Of a stretch of DNA of 64,000 bases, positions 1-8,489 are shown in pieces. Source of the DNA: Oceanispirochaeta sp. (lineage in GTDB: Bacteria; Spirochaetota; Spirochaetia; DSM-2461). The position numbers were made by a program, and so were the translations under genes. The stretch lies in assembly GCA_963663385.2 (NCBI GenBank), contig CAXXXD010000003.1:1-64000 (forward strand). The letters run 5' to 3'. A model generated the notes under the pieces. It was not told the origin of the DNA and did not search any database. It saw only the letters and a list, made by a program, of their open reading frames with translations. Each line of letters starts with the position of its first letter. Position 1 is the stretch's first letter.

Positions 1-1279
1 ATATTCCGGATAAAGATAAGATCTGTGCCTGCGGAACAGAAAAGACCTGTATCGGTGAAGATGTTTCCGAGAGAGCAAAAATTATTCCGTCAAAAGTCGT
101 TGTTATTCAGGAACGTAGAAAAAAGTACTCCTGCAAGAATTGTGAAGGGACGACTCTTGATGAAGCTGCTGTACAGACCGCAGAAGGAGCAAAGCATCTG
201 GTCGCGGGCAGTATTGCCGATGAAAGCCTGCTCGCTTGGAGTATAAGCGAAAAGTTTGAGTTCGCTCTTCCTTTCTACAGGCAATCAAAACGGTTAAACC
301 AGATAGGCATACCGATCCCCCGGGCGACATTGAGCAATCTTACGATAAAATCGGCAACGGCATGTAAGCCTCTATATGATTTGCTGAAAGAAAACATTAA
401 ATCCGGTTCCATTATTAATGCCGATGAGACGAGAGTTCAGGTTCTAAAGGAACCGAAACGAAAAGCTTCAGATAAATCATGGATGTGGGTCTTTCTCAGA
501 GGAGATCCCGATAAAAAATGTGTCATATTTCAGTATGAGCAAGGCCGATCCCATGCAATTCCGTTGGATTTCTTGGAAAATTACTCTGGCTGGGTTCAAA
601 CTGATGATTTTGAGGCCTACCATACTGCCCGAAAAAAAGTTGATGGAGATATAAAGCATGTCTTATGCTGGGCCCATGCCAGAAGAAAGTTCTTCCAATA
701 TTGGGAATCAACCAAGAAAAAAGATGCAGAAGCAAAGCAAATTCTCGACCTGATAAAGGATCTGTTTGAACTGGAATCATTACGGGATAATTATTCGCTA
801 AAAGGGTTTCATAAACAGCGACAAAATAGAGCAGAACCGATACTAGATAAGTTACAGAAAAAACTGACGAAGCTTTATCCTCAAGTACCTCCTTCTTTAG
901 AGTTCGGTAAGGCGATGAAGTATACATTGAGCAACTGGGAGCAGTTGGTTCTATATCTGAAAAATCCTGTTTTGACTCCTTCGAACAATAGCGCTGAAAA
1001 TGCAATCAGACCCTTCGTAATCGGGAGAAAAAACTGGCTTTTTGCCGGAAGCCCGAAAGGTGCTGAATCATCGGCAATTCTGTACAGTCTCGTTGAATCT
1101 GCGAAGATGAACAATCTTCCAGTTTATGCTTACTTGTACTTTATCTTCCGGGAATTGCCCTGCTGTGAAAAACAGAGTGATTATGAAAAATTACTTCCCT
1201 ATAATTTAACTGCTGAAGATATTGCAATCTGATCCATCAGTCCTAAAATGCTGTCAATGTGGGAAGAATTACCGCTTAC
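1..1279 (+). mobile_element. IS66 family insertion sequence, right part (left end outside window)
   Basis: TnpC ORF followed by ...GAATTACCGCTTAC ending at 1279; its reverse complement begins GTAAGCGG, the typical IS66 terminus. Confidence 0.85.
3..1232 (+). CDS. tnpC: IS66 family transposase TnpC (5'-partial)
   Basis: Frame is open from position 3 (ICACG...YSCKNC zinc finger, LPFYRQ, PRATLSN) into ORF 330..1232 with ADET, CWAHARRKF, NNSAENAIRP and GRKNWLF motifs. Confidence 0.93.
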   Translation: MPDKDKICACGTEKTCIGEDVSERAKIIPSKVVVIQERRKKYSCKNCEGTTLDEAAVQTAEGAKHLVAGSIADESLLAWSISEKFEFALPFYRQSKRLNQIGIPIPRATLSNLTIKSATACKPLYDLLKENIKSGSIINADETRVQVLKEPKRKASDKSWMWVFLRGDPDKKCVIFQYEQGRSHAIPLDFLENYSGWVQTDDFEAYHTARKKVDGDIKHVLCWAHARRKFFQYWESTKKKDAEAKQILDLIKDLFELESLRDNYSLKGFHKQRQNRAEPILDKLQKKLTKLYPQVPPSLEFGKAMKYTLSNWEQLVLYLKNPVLTPSNNSAENAIRPFVIGRKNWLFAGSPKGAESSAILYSLVESAKMNNLPVYAYLYFIFRELPCCEKQSDYEKLLPYNLTAEDIAI

Positions 1280-1280
1280 G

Positions 1281-1482
1281 ATGTTTTAATCCAGATATCC
1301 CAGTACGGGAAACTCTCCGGTAGACTTACCCATACATTCCGGACTGTTATCCTTACAGCAGCAGAAACTTTCAGATATTTCAGCTTTATAGTAGAGGGCA
1401 TACGTTTTATATCATCCCCTGTTACTCTGCTGATTCTCAGTTGCAGATATACGAAGAAAATATAGGCAATAGCCGAGAACCA
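1281..1482 (-). pseudogene. IS1380 family transposase C-terminal remnant
   Basis: Manual translation WFSAIAYIFF...PSTIKLKYLKVSAAVRITVRNVWVSLPESFPYWDIW resembles the IS1380 C-terminus; in-frame stop shortly upstream; runs into the IS66 end. Confidence 0.7.
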
Positions 1483-1538
1483 TTTTCCGGTCTTTCCGTG
1501 TTAAGTAGTTCTGATACCTCTTCATTAAATAAATAAGG

Positions 1539-2150
1539 TCATCTATTAAACGAAAAATGCTTTCCAATTCCTATAGTGAAAGTCCCGCTATATATCGATA
1601 TGGACTTATTTTTTATTGATCCACTTGAGAAGTTTACTGCATTAAAAACTGATTGATATTTGGGTTGAATGAATAACCCTTTTTTCAGATCAATCAAATA
1701 ACCTATTCCTAAATTGACCCCCAATCCCCAATCTGACATATATTCCGGATCGATATTATCACCTTCAAAAACACTGGATCTACCCAATCCTGTAGTAATA
1801 TCAACAGTCCAATTATTTATAGTCCATCCTAGAACAATCCCTGTAACAGTAGCACTTATATTTGTATCTTCTATTTCATAGATCTCATCTATCGGATGAC
1901 CAACAAATGTAATTCCAAGCCCAAAATGGAAAGATTCATATTTTTGAGATTCTTTTGTGGCAAGGATAGTTAAATGAAAATTATCCCATAATTCTGCAGT
2001 CTTGTGGCTAGGACCCTCAAGACTGCCTCCATATGCTGAAAATCCTGTCGGAGGTATTCCAAAATCAATTGATAATGAAGAGTCATATGAGAATACATTA
2101 CAAACAAGCGTTGAGAGATATATGATCCCTAAAAATAATATCTTTTTCAA
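1539..2150 (-). CDS. Secreted hypothetical protein, possible outer-membrane beta-barrel
   Basis: Signal-peptide-like N-terminus; alternating G/aromatic beta-strand patterns (WGLGVNLGIGY, FTIGIGKHF); visibly AT-rich. Confidence 0.6.
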   Translation of the reverse strand: MKKILFLGIIYLSTLVCNVFSYDSSLSIDFGIPPTGFSAYGGSLEGPSHKTAELWDNFHLTILATKESQKYESFHFGLGITFVGHPIDEIYEIEDTNISATVTGIVLGWTINNWTVDITTGLGRSSVFEGDNIDPEYMSDWGLGVNLGIGYLIDLKKGLFIQPKYQSVFNAVNFSSGSIKNKSISIYSGTFTIGIGKHFSFNR

Positions 2151-2527
2151 TATAGCCCTTATTTAAATTTAGAATATAAAAAGTATAGCAGAGCACTGAA
2201 TGCGGAATTTGTCAACATAGATGAACCTTGTACTCTGAAGTTTCTAAGGGAATGGGACTGGGCTAGGTATGGGCGGTTGAAGACCTATTAAAACGAGATA
2301 GATAAACTGGCAGATCCTTTGATTGCCGCTGAAGTGATCTATAAATGCGGCAGTAAGCAAAAAATCTCGCTTGAGATATGTCGTGTTGCCGGTAAGGATG
2401 CAAAGAGGGGAGCGGGATTAATCAGGATACTGCTTTTGGGTGTATTCTCCCGTATCCTGAGAAGACGTGTAACGAAATGAAACAATCTATTCCTTAAAAA
2501 GGATAGACCGTTAATCTATTATATTAC

Positions 2528-2556
2528 TTGACGGTCTTTCTTTCTTTAACTATATT
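2528..2556 (+). promoter_or_regulatory. Putative sigma70 promoter overlapping an imperfect inverted repeat
   Basis: TTGACG (2528-2533), 17-nt spacer, TATATT (2551-2556); AGACCGTTAA...TTGACGGTCT at 2505-2537. Confidence 0.4.
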
Positions 2557-2579
2557 AGAGATCAGGTGATTTCTAAAAC

Positions 2580-2939
2580 GTGAAACGGAGGCTGTTGCTA
2601 AAGGGCTTTTCAGCCTATACGAAAAAAAACAGAAATCGATTCCTGATTTTTTTCCTCCGTATGAATGGTTCTAACTTGGATGGTAAAAGAATTATGCTGA
2701 TTGATAAGCTGACAATTCACATAGCCCGTTTGATAAAGGATGAGGAGCTGAATCGGATTCTGGCAAGAAATTTCTTTGCGGTAATAGCGGAATTGGTATT
2801 GCAGAATGAAGATCCTCAAAAGTTTTTCAAAGCCGTAACTGAATTTGTCAATTATCATATCAAGGGTTGTTGTTCCTTATTTTTTTTGCTCTATAAGAGA
2901 TCGTACGATCTCTTTGATCTCAGGAGGAGGTATTATTGA
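2580..2939 (+). pseudogene. Probable TetR-family regulator C-terminal remnant (no HTH)
   Basis: FFLRMNGSNL...LIDKLTIHI...ILARNFF...EFVNYHIKG resembles TetR ligand-binding domains; no N-terminal HTH. Confidence 0.4.
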
Positions 2940-3023
2940 TAAATGATTAAGCACTAATAGCTGTTCTCGTCTGGCTGTATGTCGGGTGTGTCACCAAAAA
3001 AAATGAGAAAAGAGGTATGAATT

Positions 3024-3539
3024 ATGACAAAAGATAAGCTGAAATCAAGGATCGTAATTTCTGAAAAAGAGAAAATGGTTGTTTCGGGAATTGAATTGAA
3101 AACATCATTTGCAGAAGGCAGACAGGCAAGGGAAATTCCGCCTTTCTTTCATGGCAATTACGGGAATAAAGTTCTGAGTAATATTCCCGGCAGAATCAAC
3201 GAAAACACACTGTGTGTTTTTTTCAGAAAGCCGGAATCACCGGATTTTACCTATTTTATGGGTGTGGAAACTGATTCTGAATCCATAAAGGCTGACGGGT
3301 TAATCTCTCATGTGATCGAAGCGAAGACCTATGCTTCACTGGAAATAATCAAACGGGGTAATGAGGATGTCGGCCGGGCTTTTGCGCTGATTGTTGAAGA
3401 TTGGCTGCCCGAATCTGGCTGGCAGCTGGCAGATGGCCCGGCCTTTATCTATTACGATCAAAGGTTTAAATCCATATACGAAGCCGAGGGATATAGCGGT
3501 AATCCTCCGGCTACGGTTTATGTTCCCATAAAAAAATAA
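3024..3539 (+). CDS. GyrI-like small-molecule-binding domain protein
   Basis: VVSGIELKTS, FTYFMGVE, IVEDWLPESGW, GPAFIYYDQRF, VYVPIK; SD GAGG upstream. Confidence 0.85.
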   Translation: MTKDKLKSRIVISEKEKMVVSGIELKTSFAEGRQAREIPPFFHGNYGNKVLSNIPGRINENTLCVFFRKPESPDFTYFMGVETDSESIKADGLISHVIEAKTYASLEIIKRGNEDVGRAFALIVEDWLPESGWQLADGPAFIYYDQRFKSIYEAEGYSGNPPATVYVPIKK

Positions 3540-3546
3540 TAAAACC

Positions 3547-3584
3547 GGAGCTGTTGCAAGAGTTTCAACTTTTGCAACAGCTCC
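3547..3584. terminator. Near-perfect inverted repeat (terminator or REP-like)
   Basis: GGAGCTGTTGCAAGAGTT-TC-AACTTTTGCAACAGCTCC immediately after the GyrI-like stop. Confidence 0.65.
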
Positions 3585-3603
3585 ATCATATCGGGAGAAT
3601 AAA

Positions 3604-3999
3604 ATGAATATTTCGATTATTAATGGAATTAATATAAGTTCGCAGTCCGGAATACTTGCCGTACCGGTCAACAGTATATATACCGCGAGTAAATATGCAG
3701 TTGAAGGTCTTTCTGAATCCTTGATGTACGAATTGAATACACTCAATATTAAAACGAAATTGATATTGCTGGGAGCCGTCGAATCAAATTTCCTGAAATC
3801 ACAGCTTCTTTTTCCGGGAGAAAGAATCAACGGTTATGATTATATCAATAAAGTAGTTATACCGGAGATGAAAAGAGTTCTCTCTTCAGGGGAAAATGCG
3901 AACGAAATTGCAAAAGAAATATTTAAAGCAGCATCAGATGTCAAAAATAAATTGCACCATTTGGCTGGAAAACGAATCAAGATTACGTATCGAATGTAA
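3604..3999 (+). pseudogene. SDR oxidoreductase, C-terminal fragment
   Basis: NISS and YTASK (YxxxK) present; N-terminal TGxxxGxG Rossmann motif absent. Confidence 0.8.
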
Positions 4000-4048
4000 A
4001 ATCGGGTCTGTCGCAAGAGTCATTACTGATATAAGAGTAATGAATATA

Positions 4049-5458
4049 TTAATGACTTGTATAGCGGGCAACAGCAGAGGCCAGCCGTTTTATTCCCTCT
4101 CGGATTTCATTGTCCGAAAGGGCTCCGAAACTGAGTACCAGGGTATCTCTGTGTGTTTCGGGATTCCCCGAATGCTGCGAAGCCCTTTCGCAATAGACTC
4201 CCTCTTTTTTCAGGATGGTATCGAAATCGGAATGAAAATCCAGACAGGGAAAGCGGACAGCCTGGTACTGTCCGCACATGATTCCCGGTAAATCGTACGG
4301 TTCTCTGATATACTGGTTGAGGGCCTGCCTTAAAATGTCGTGTTTCTTCCTGTATATTTTTTTTAACTGAAGGACATGACGTTCATAATAACCGCGCTCA
4401 AGGAACAGGGCCATGGCGGCCTGTTTGATCATGGATGTATAGTAGCCGGATTCGGTCATTCGGGTTTTAAAATCATCGACCAATGTTTCAGGAACCACCA
4501 GATAACCCAGTCTTATGGCGGGATACATGGTTCCGGAGAATGTTCCGATATGGACAACAATATCCGGAGCCAGCAACTGGAGGCTGCTGAGGGGACTGTG
4601 AGAGAAGAAAAACTCCGAATCATAGTCGTTTTCCAGAATGATCGCATCTCTATTCCTGACAGATTCCACCAGATGAATCCGTCTCTGTACGGGCATACAG
4701 TATCCCAGGGGATGATGATGGGACGGTGTGACATGAACGGCATCATAATTCTGCCCTAGCAGGAGATCTGTCCGTAATCCCTGCTCATCGACGGGAATGG
4801 GAACAAGATTGGTGCATCGGCTCTTTAGGGTTCCCGTGACATGATCCAGCAGGGGATCTTCAACAACAATGGTCCCTGTTTGCAGACATAGTACTTGTGA
4901 ACAGATGATGAGTGCCTGGCTGGTTCCATCAACTATGAATATCTGATCCGGTCTGCATTGGATGCCTTTGGCGCGATGAAGGTAGGTTTTCAGTTCATTC
5001 CTTAAGGAGGCTAAACCCTCTCTTTGGCCGTATTCCCAGTCCTCGTCAGGAGAATACAAAGCCGCATCGCGGAGAGTTTCCGCCCATTTTGATCTGGGAA
5101 AATGATTTACGGGAACTGCAGTCCGGAAAAATATCGTATCGGTTCTGTTTTTTTCCGAGCTCTTTCTCTGCAAGGATCTGGAGCCGGATTTATCGCGGTT
5201 AAAGTGATTCAGAACCGATCCGGAAGCCACAAACGTTCCCGAGCCCCTTCGGGGAACAAGATACCCTTCCGCTTCCAGCTGCTCATAAACATTCGTAACG
5301 AGATTTCTGGAAACACCCAGTTCAAGAGCCAGTTTCCGGCTGGAAGGAAGCTTGAAGTCGGGAGGAAGGGCTCCGGTTAGAATTAATTGCCGGAGACCTT
5401 CTGTTACTTGACGAAACAATGGTAGAGAAGATTCTTTATCAATGGGGATGTGAAGCAT
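4049..5458 (-). CDS. MocR/GabR-family regulator (GntR HTH + PLP aminotransferase domain)
   Basis: KLPSSRKLALELGVSRN HTH; VTPSHHHPLG, ILENDYDSEF, IGTFS, RLGY. Confidence 0.93.
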   Translation of the reverse strand: MLHIPIDKESSLPLFRQVTEGLRQLILTGALPPDFKLPSSRKLALELGVSRNLVTNVYEQLEAEGYLVPRRGSGTFVASGSVLNHFNRDKSGSRSLQRKSSEKNRTDTIFFRTAVPVNHFPRSKWAETLRDAALYSPDEDWEYGQREGLASLRNELKTYLHRAKGIQCRPDQIFIVDGTSQALIICSQVLCLQTGTIVVEDPLLDHVTGTLKSRCTNLVPIPVDEQGLRTDLLLGQNYDAVHVTPSHHHPLGYCMPVQRRIHLVESVRNRDAIILENDYDSEFFFSHSPLSSLQLLAPDIVVHIGTFSGTMYPAIRLGYLVVPETLVDDFKTRMTESGYYTSMIKQAAMALFLERGYYERHVLQLKKIYRKKHDILRQALNQYIREPYDLPGIMCGQYQAVRFPCLDFHSDFDTILKKEGVYCERASQHSGNPETHRDTLVLSFGALSDNEIREGIKRLASAVARYTSH

Positions 5459-5499
5459 ATCCTCATGATATCTTTATTTCTCTTTCTTTCTCAAGTCTG

Positions 5500-6465
5500 T
5501 CACATAGGAGTATTCAATTGATTCATATGCTCTTCTGACAGGTTGATGTCGACTGCATCAAGATTTTCAGTTAATTGTATCTCCTTACTGACTGCTGTAA
5601 TGGGAAGAATGGATTGTTTTGAGTTGAGCATCCAGGCCAGAACTATCTGATTGGCCGTATGCCCTGTTTCCGCGGCTATCTCCTGAAGGATTCGATTCCT
5701 CTTATGATTCGCTTCCGTTTGATATTCCGGAGGCAACTCTTTATCTTCACGACTGTAGATACCTCCCAACAGGGGAGTATAGGCAAGCATCTGGAAATTC
5801 CGAAGCTCGGAATCGCAGTCTATCATTTCTTCGGATATTACCTTGTTCAGTCCGTCCAGAAAAATCGTGCCTTTTTTCGGTTGAAAAAAAGTGTACTTGT
5901 TTTGCAGGGCACTATAGGTTTTTATCCCCTTCGCGGAGGCAATGCTGTCTGCCTGCGCCATCTCCCAGGAATTTCTGTTACTGGCTCCCATGCTTCTGAT
6001 TTTTCCCTGACGGATAAGGTCGTTCATAGTATCCAGAATCTCCTCCTGGGAAACGCTTCTGTCGGGAATATGAGTGTAATATAAATCGATACAATCGATC
6101 TGAAGGCGTTTGAGAGAGGCATCGACCGCTTTTTTGATTGATAGGGCAGAAAGCCCTTCAATGTTATCCAAACCATCTCCCGGTCTCTTCGGTTTGGCTC
6201 CAACCTTGGTTGCCACAACCATTTTTGACCGGTTACTCCTCGTTTTCAGCCATCTTCCCAGAAGTTCTTCGCTTTCATTGCCGGAACATCCGTCCATCCA
6301 GAAAGCATAGTTGTTGGCCGTATCAAGAAAATTTCCCCCCGCATCGGCAAACTGATCCAGAAGCCGGAAGGACTGTTTTTCATCGACGGCCGAACCGAAA
6401 AGCATTAATCCCAGACATATGGGACTGACCTGTATGCCCGATTGACCTAATTCAATGGTTTTCAT
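5500..6465 (-). CDS. Aldo/keto reductase
   Basis: GGNFLDTANNY, VVATKVG, SLKRLQIDCIDLYYTH, GASN, YTPLLGG. Confidence 0.93.
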   Translation of the reverse strand: MKTIELGQSGIQVSPICLGLMLFGSAVDEKQSFRLLDQFADAGGNFLDTANNYAFWMDGCSGNESEELLGRWLKTRSNRSKMVVATKVGAKPKRPGDGLDNIEGLSALSIKKAVDASLKRLQIDCIDLYYTHIPDRSVSQEEILDTMNDLIRQGKIRSMGASNRNSWEMAQADSIASAKGIKTYSALQNKYTFFQPKKGTIFLDGLNKVISEEMIDCDSELRNFQMLAYTPLLGGIYSREDKELPPEYQTEANHKRNRILQEIAAETGHTANQIVLAWMLNSKQSILPITAVSKEIQLTENLDAVDINLSEEHMNQLNTPM

Positions 6466-6521
6466 AGATTATACCTCCTTAATCATGAACTTATTATGGT
6501 CGCTTCAAGAGGAGGACCGGA

Positions 6522-6554
6522 GGGCCAATCAGGTACTTTTTTCGGGGGCCAATC
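6522..6554 (-). promoter_or_regulatory. Putative MocR-type direct-repeat operator
   Basis: GGGCCAATC at 6522-6530 and 6546-6554 (24-nt period, T-tract between), upstream of the AKR and MocR genes. Confidence 0.5.
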
Positions 6555-6655
6555 TTCTGTTATTCAGAAGGGATGCCCACGGGACTGATCCAATGGTTAG
6601 TACTGTGTCGGGATAATCTCTGGCGACGGGGGGAACCTGAATCCCCTTGAAAACA

Positions 6656-6928
6656 TCAGAATCGGAAAGCCAGGTATGTCTGAGCTATCGTTTCACTTTG
6701 GCGCTTTACAACGGGGAAAAGGGCCAAAGCAATGCCGACGATGCCGATTGCCATTCCAAATACAGCCATAGCTCCGGGGACGAGTAGATCGCCAATGGCT
6801 GTAATCTCCTGCAGAGTCTCTTCGATATGTGGCTGAACCGACGAAGCATCAAACATGCCAAGCATCATCGTTATGATAAACAGCGCCCCGGCGATTATAC
6901 CATTTGTGCGATATATCTTCATGATCAA
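6656..6928 (-). pseudogene. DUF4386-like membrane protein, N-terminal fragment
   Basis: IIAGALFII...GIALALFPVVKRQSETIAQTYLAFR resembles the DUF4386 N-terminus; stops at 90 aa. Confidence 0.6.
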
Positions 6929-6931
6929 TCC

Positions 6932-7134
6932 TCACCCGGCCCTGAAGCGTGTCGAAGTCATCCCGACCTTCCTTTTGAAAAGAGAGCTTAAATTCTGCGC
7001 ATGCCCGAATCCGATCTCTCCTTTCAACTGGCGAAGTCGATTACTGCGACAGAAGGGTTGGAGGGGGGCTCCAGTCCCATGGCTGCATACAGCTGATCAA
7101 TTGTCTTTATTCGGAATATCAATTTTTTATTCAT
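6932..7134 (-). pseudogene. AraC-family regulator remnant with frameshift and large internal deletion
   Basis: MNKKLIFRIKTIDQLYAAMGLEPP / NPSVAVIDF directly followed by the C-terminal HTH GEIGFGHAQNLSSLFKRKVGMTSTRFR. Confidence 0.7.
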
Positions 7135-7235
7135 CGGAATCATTGTAATCGAAAACATGACAGCCGTACCATATGCAAACAACGGATTGTTCTCTGCGAA
7201 CCGCCGGAATGAAAGATGGAAGAAGGAGAAACAGA

Positions 7236-7269
7236 GGGCCGGTTTGACTATTTTTTAAGGAGCCGGTTT
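7236..7269 (-). promoter_or_regulatory. Second putative MocR-type direct-repeat site
   Basis: GGGCCGGTTT (7236-7245) and GAGCCGGTTT (7260-7269), 24-nt period with T-tract. Confidence 0.4.
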
Positions 7270-7291
7270 AGCTTTGCTCATCTATGAATAG

Positions 7292-7518
7292 AGACCCTAT
7301 TATAAAAACTATAATAAACGATTGGTAAAGAACTTAAAAAGTATTTCACTGATACATTTGTCATATCTGAGTTTATTAAAGGGTGTTATAATACTGGTAA
7401 GAAATCCGATATGTATTTCCGGCGGGATAACCATAAAAAAGAAATTGATTTGATTGTTGACTATGGAATAGATAAATTAGGCATTGGAATCAAATTAAGC
7501 AGGCATAGCCATTCTTAA
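7292..7518 (+). pseudogene. AAA ATPase (DUF4143) C-terminal remnant
   Basis: RPYYKNYNKRLVK / KYFTDT-FVISEFIK...MYFRRDNHKKEIDLIVD...IGIK; frameshifted and internally deleted. Confidence 0.7.
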
Positions 7519-7548
7519 AGTTATCCAGAATAAAGGAACAGAGAAAAA

Positions 7549-8394
7549 ATGAAATATTTACACGCTGATGTCTTCTCAAATAAATCCTTACAGGGAAACG
7601 GACTGACTATCATATTCACCGACAGCAACGATACAAATCAATTACAGGAAATAGCGAAAGAATTCAAACAATTCGAAACGGTCTTTATTTACGGAAAAGA
7701 AGCCGGCTATTATCCCATCAGAATATTTACAGTGGATGAAGAACTGGATTTTGCCGGTCACCCCATACTGGGGGCAGCAGCTGCCGTACTAAAAGAGACT
7801 GGGAGTCTCGACAGCAGAATCAAATTCAAAACAGGAAACAGAATCGTTGAAAACAGGGCAAGATGCCATAAAGGCTACTACTCGGTCATCATGAACCAGG
7901 GACAGCCTGACTATAAGGAAGTTGTCAGTCAGAAAAGCATCGATACAATAGTCCGGTCATTGAATCTTGTAAAATCCGAGCTGTCGGAGACCCTGCCCAT
8001 GGAAGTTGTCTCAACCGGACTGGATTACCTGATTATACCCGTAAAGGATGAGGAGTCACTGGCGAAATCAAGGATCCTGACAGATGACTTTGAAGAACAG
8101 TTAAGGGCGGTTTCGGCAAAATTCGTCTATCTGGTTAATCCTCAGACAATGGAGTGCCGGACCTGGGACAATCAGGGCCTTGTGGAAGATGTGGCCACCG
8201 GCAGCGCCGCGGGCCCTCTGTGCGCCTATTTAATCCGGCAGGGAAAACTGGGAATCGGTGAGAAAGTCCGAATCAGACAGGGAAAATACGCGGGAAGACC
8301 AAGTGAAATAACAGCCTGGATGGATACTGAGACATCGGATATCCATATTGAAGGGGATGTTAAGATACTGGTAGAAGGGGAGTTGAACCTGTAA
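7549..8394 (+). CDS. PhzF family isomerase/epimerase
   Basis: DVFS...GN, ETVF, RIFTVDEELDFAGHP, VSTG, EDVATGSAAG. Confidence 0.92.
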   Translation: MKYLHADVFSNKSLQGNGLTIIFTDSNDTNQLQEIAKEFKQFETVFIYGKEAGYYPIRIFTVDEELDFAGHPILGAAAAVLKETGSLDSRIKFKTGNRIVENRARCHKGYYSVIMNQGQPDYKEVVSQKSIDTIVRSLNLVKSELSETLPMEVVSTGLDYLIIPVKDEESLAKSRILTDDFEEQLRAVSAKFVYLVNPQTMECRTWDNQGLVEDVATGSAAGPLCAYLIRQGKLGIGEKVRIRQGKYAGRPSEITAWMDTETSDIHIEGDVKILVEGELNL

Positions 8395-8489
8395 ATCAAA
8401 AAGCTTGAAAAGTAATGCTTCCGGGGCTTGAAACACCTTGCCCCGATGTTCTGATAACGGTACGATTGGGTTTCTATTAGGAGCTTATT

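Noticed and set aside
25..330. Short ORFs 25..246, 90..284 and 103..330
   Set aside because: Alternative frames over the IS66 transposase, whose frame is open from position 3
2422..2460. TCAGGATAC...GTATCCTGA inverted repeat
   Set aside because: Isolated, long loop, no U-tract or second copy seen; no function supportable
7549..8394. PhzF as evidence of phenazine biosynthesis or as part of the ThDP/KAS III cluster
   Set aside because: No other phz genes; opposite strand and over 3 kb from the operon; standalone PhzF homologues are common
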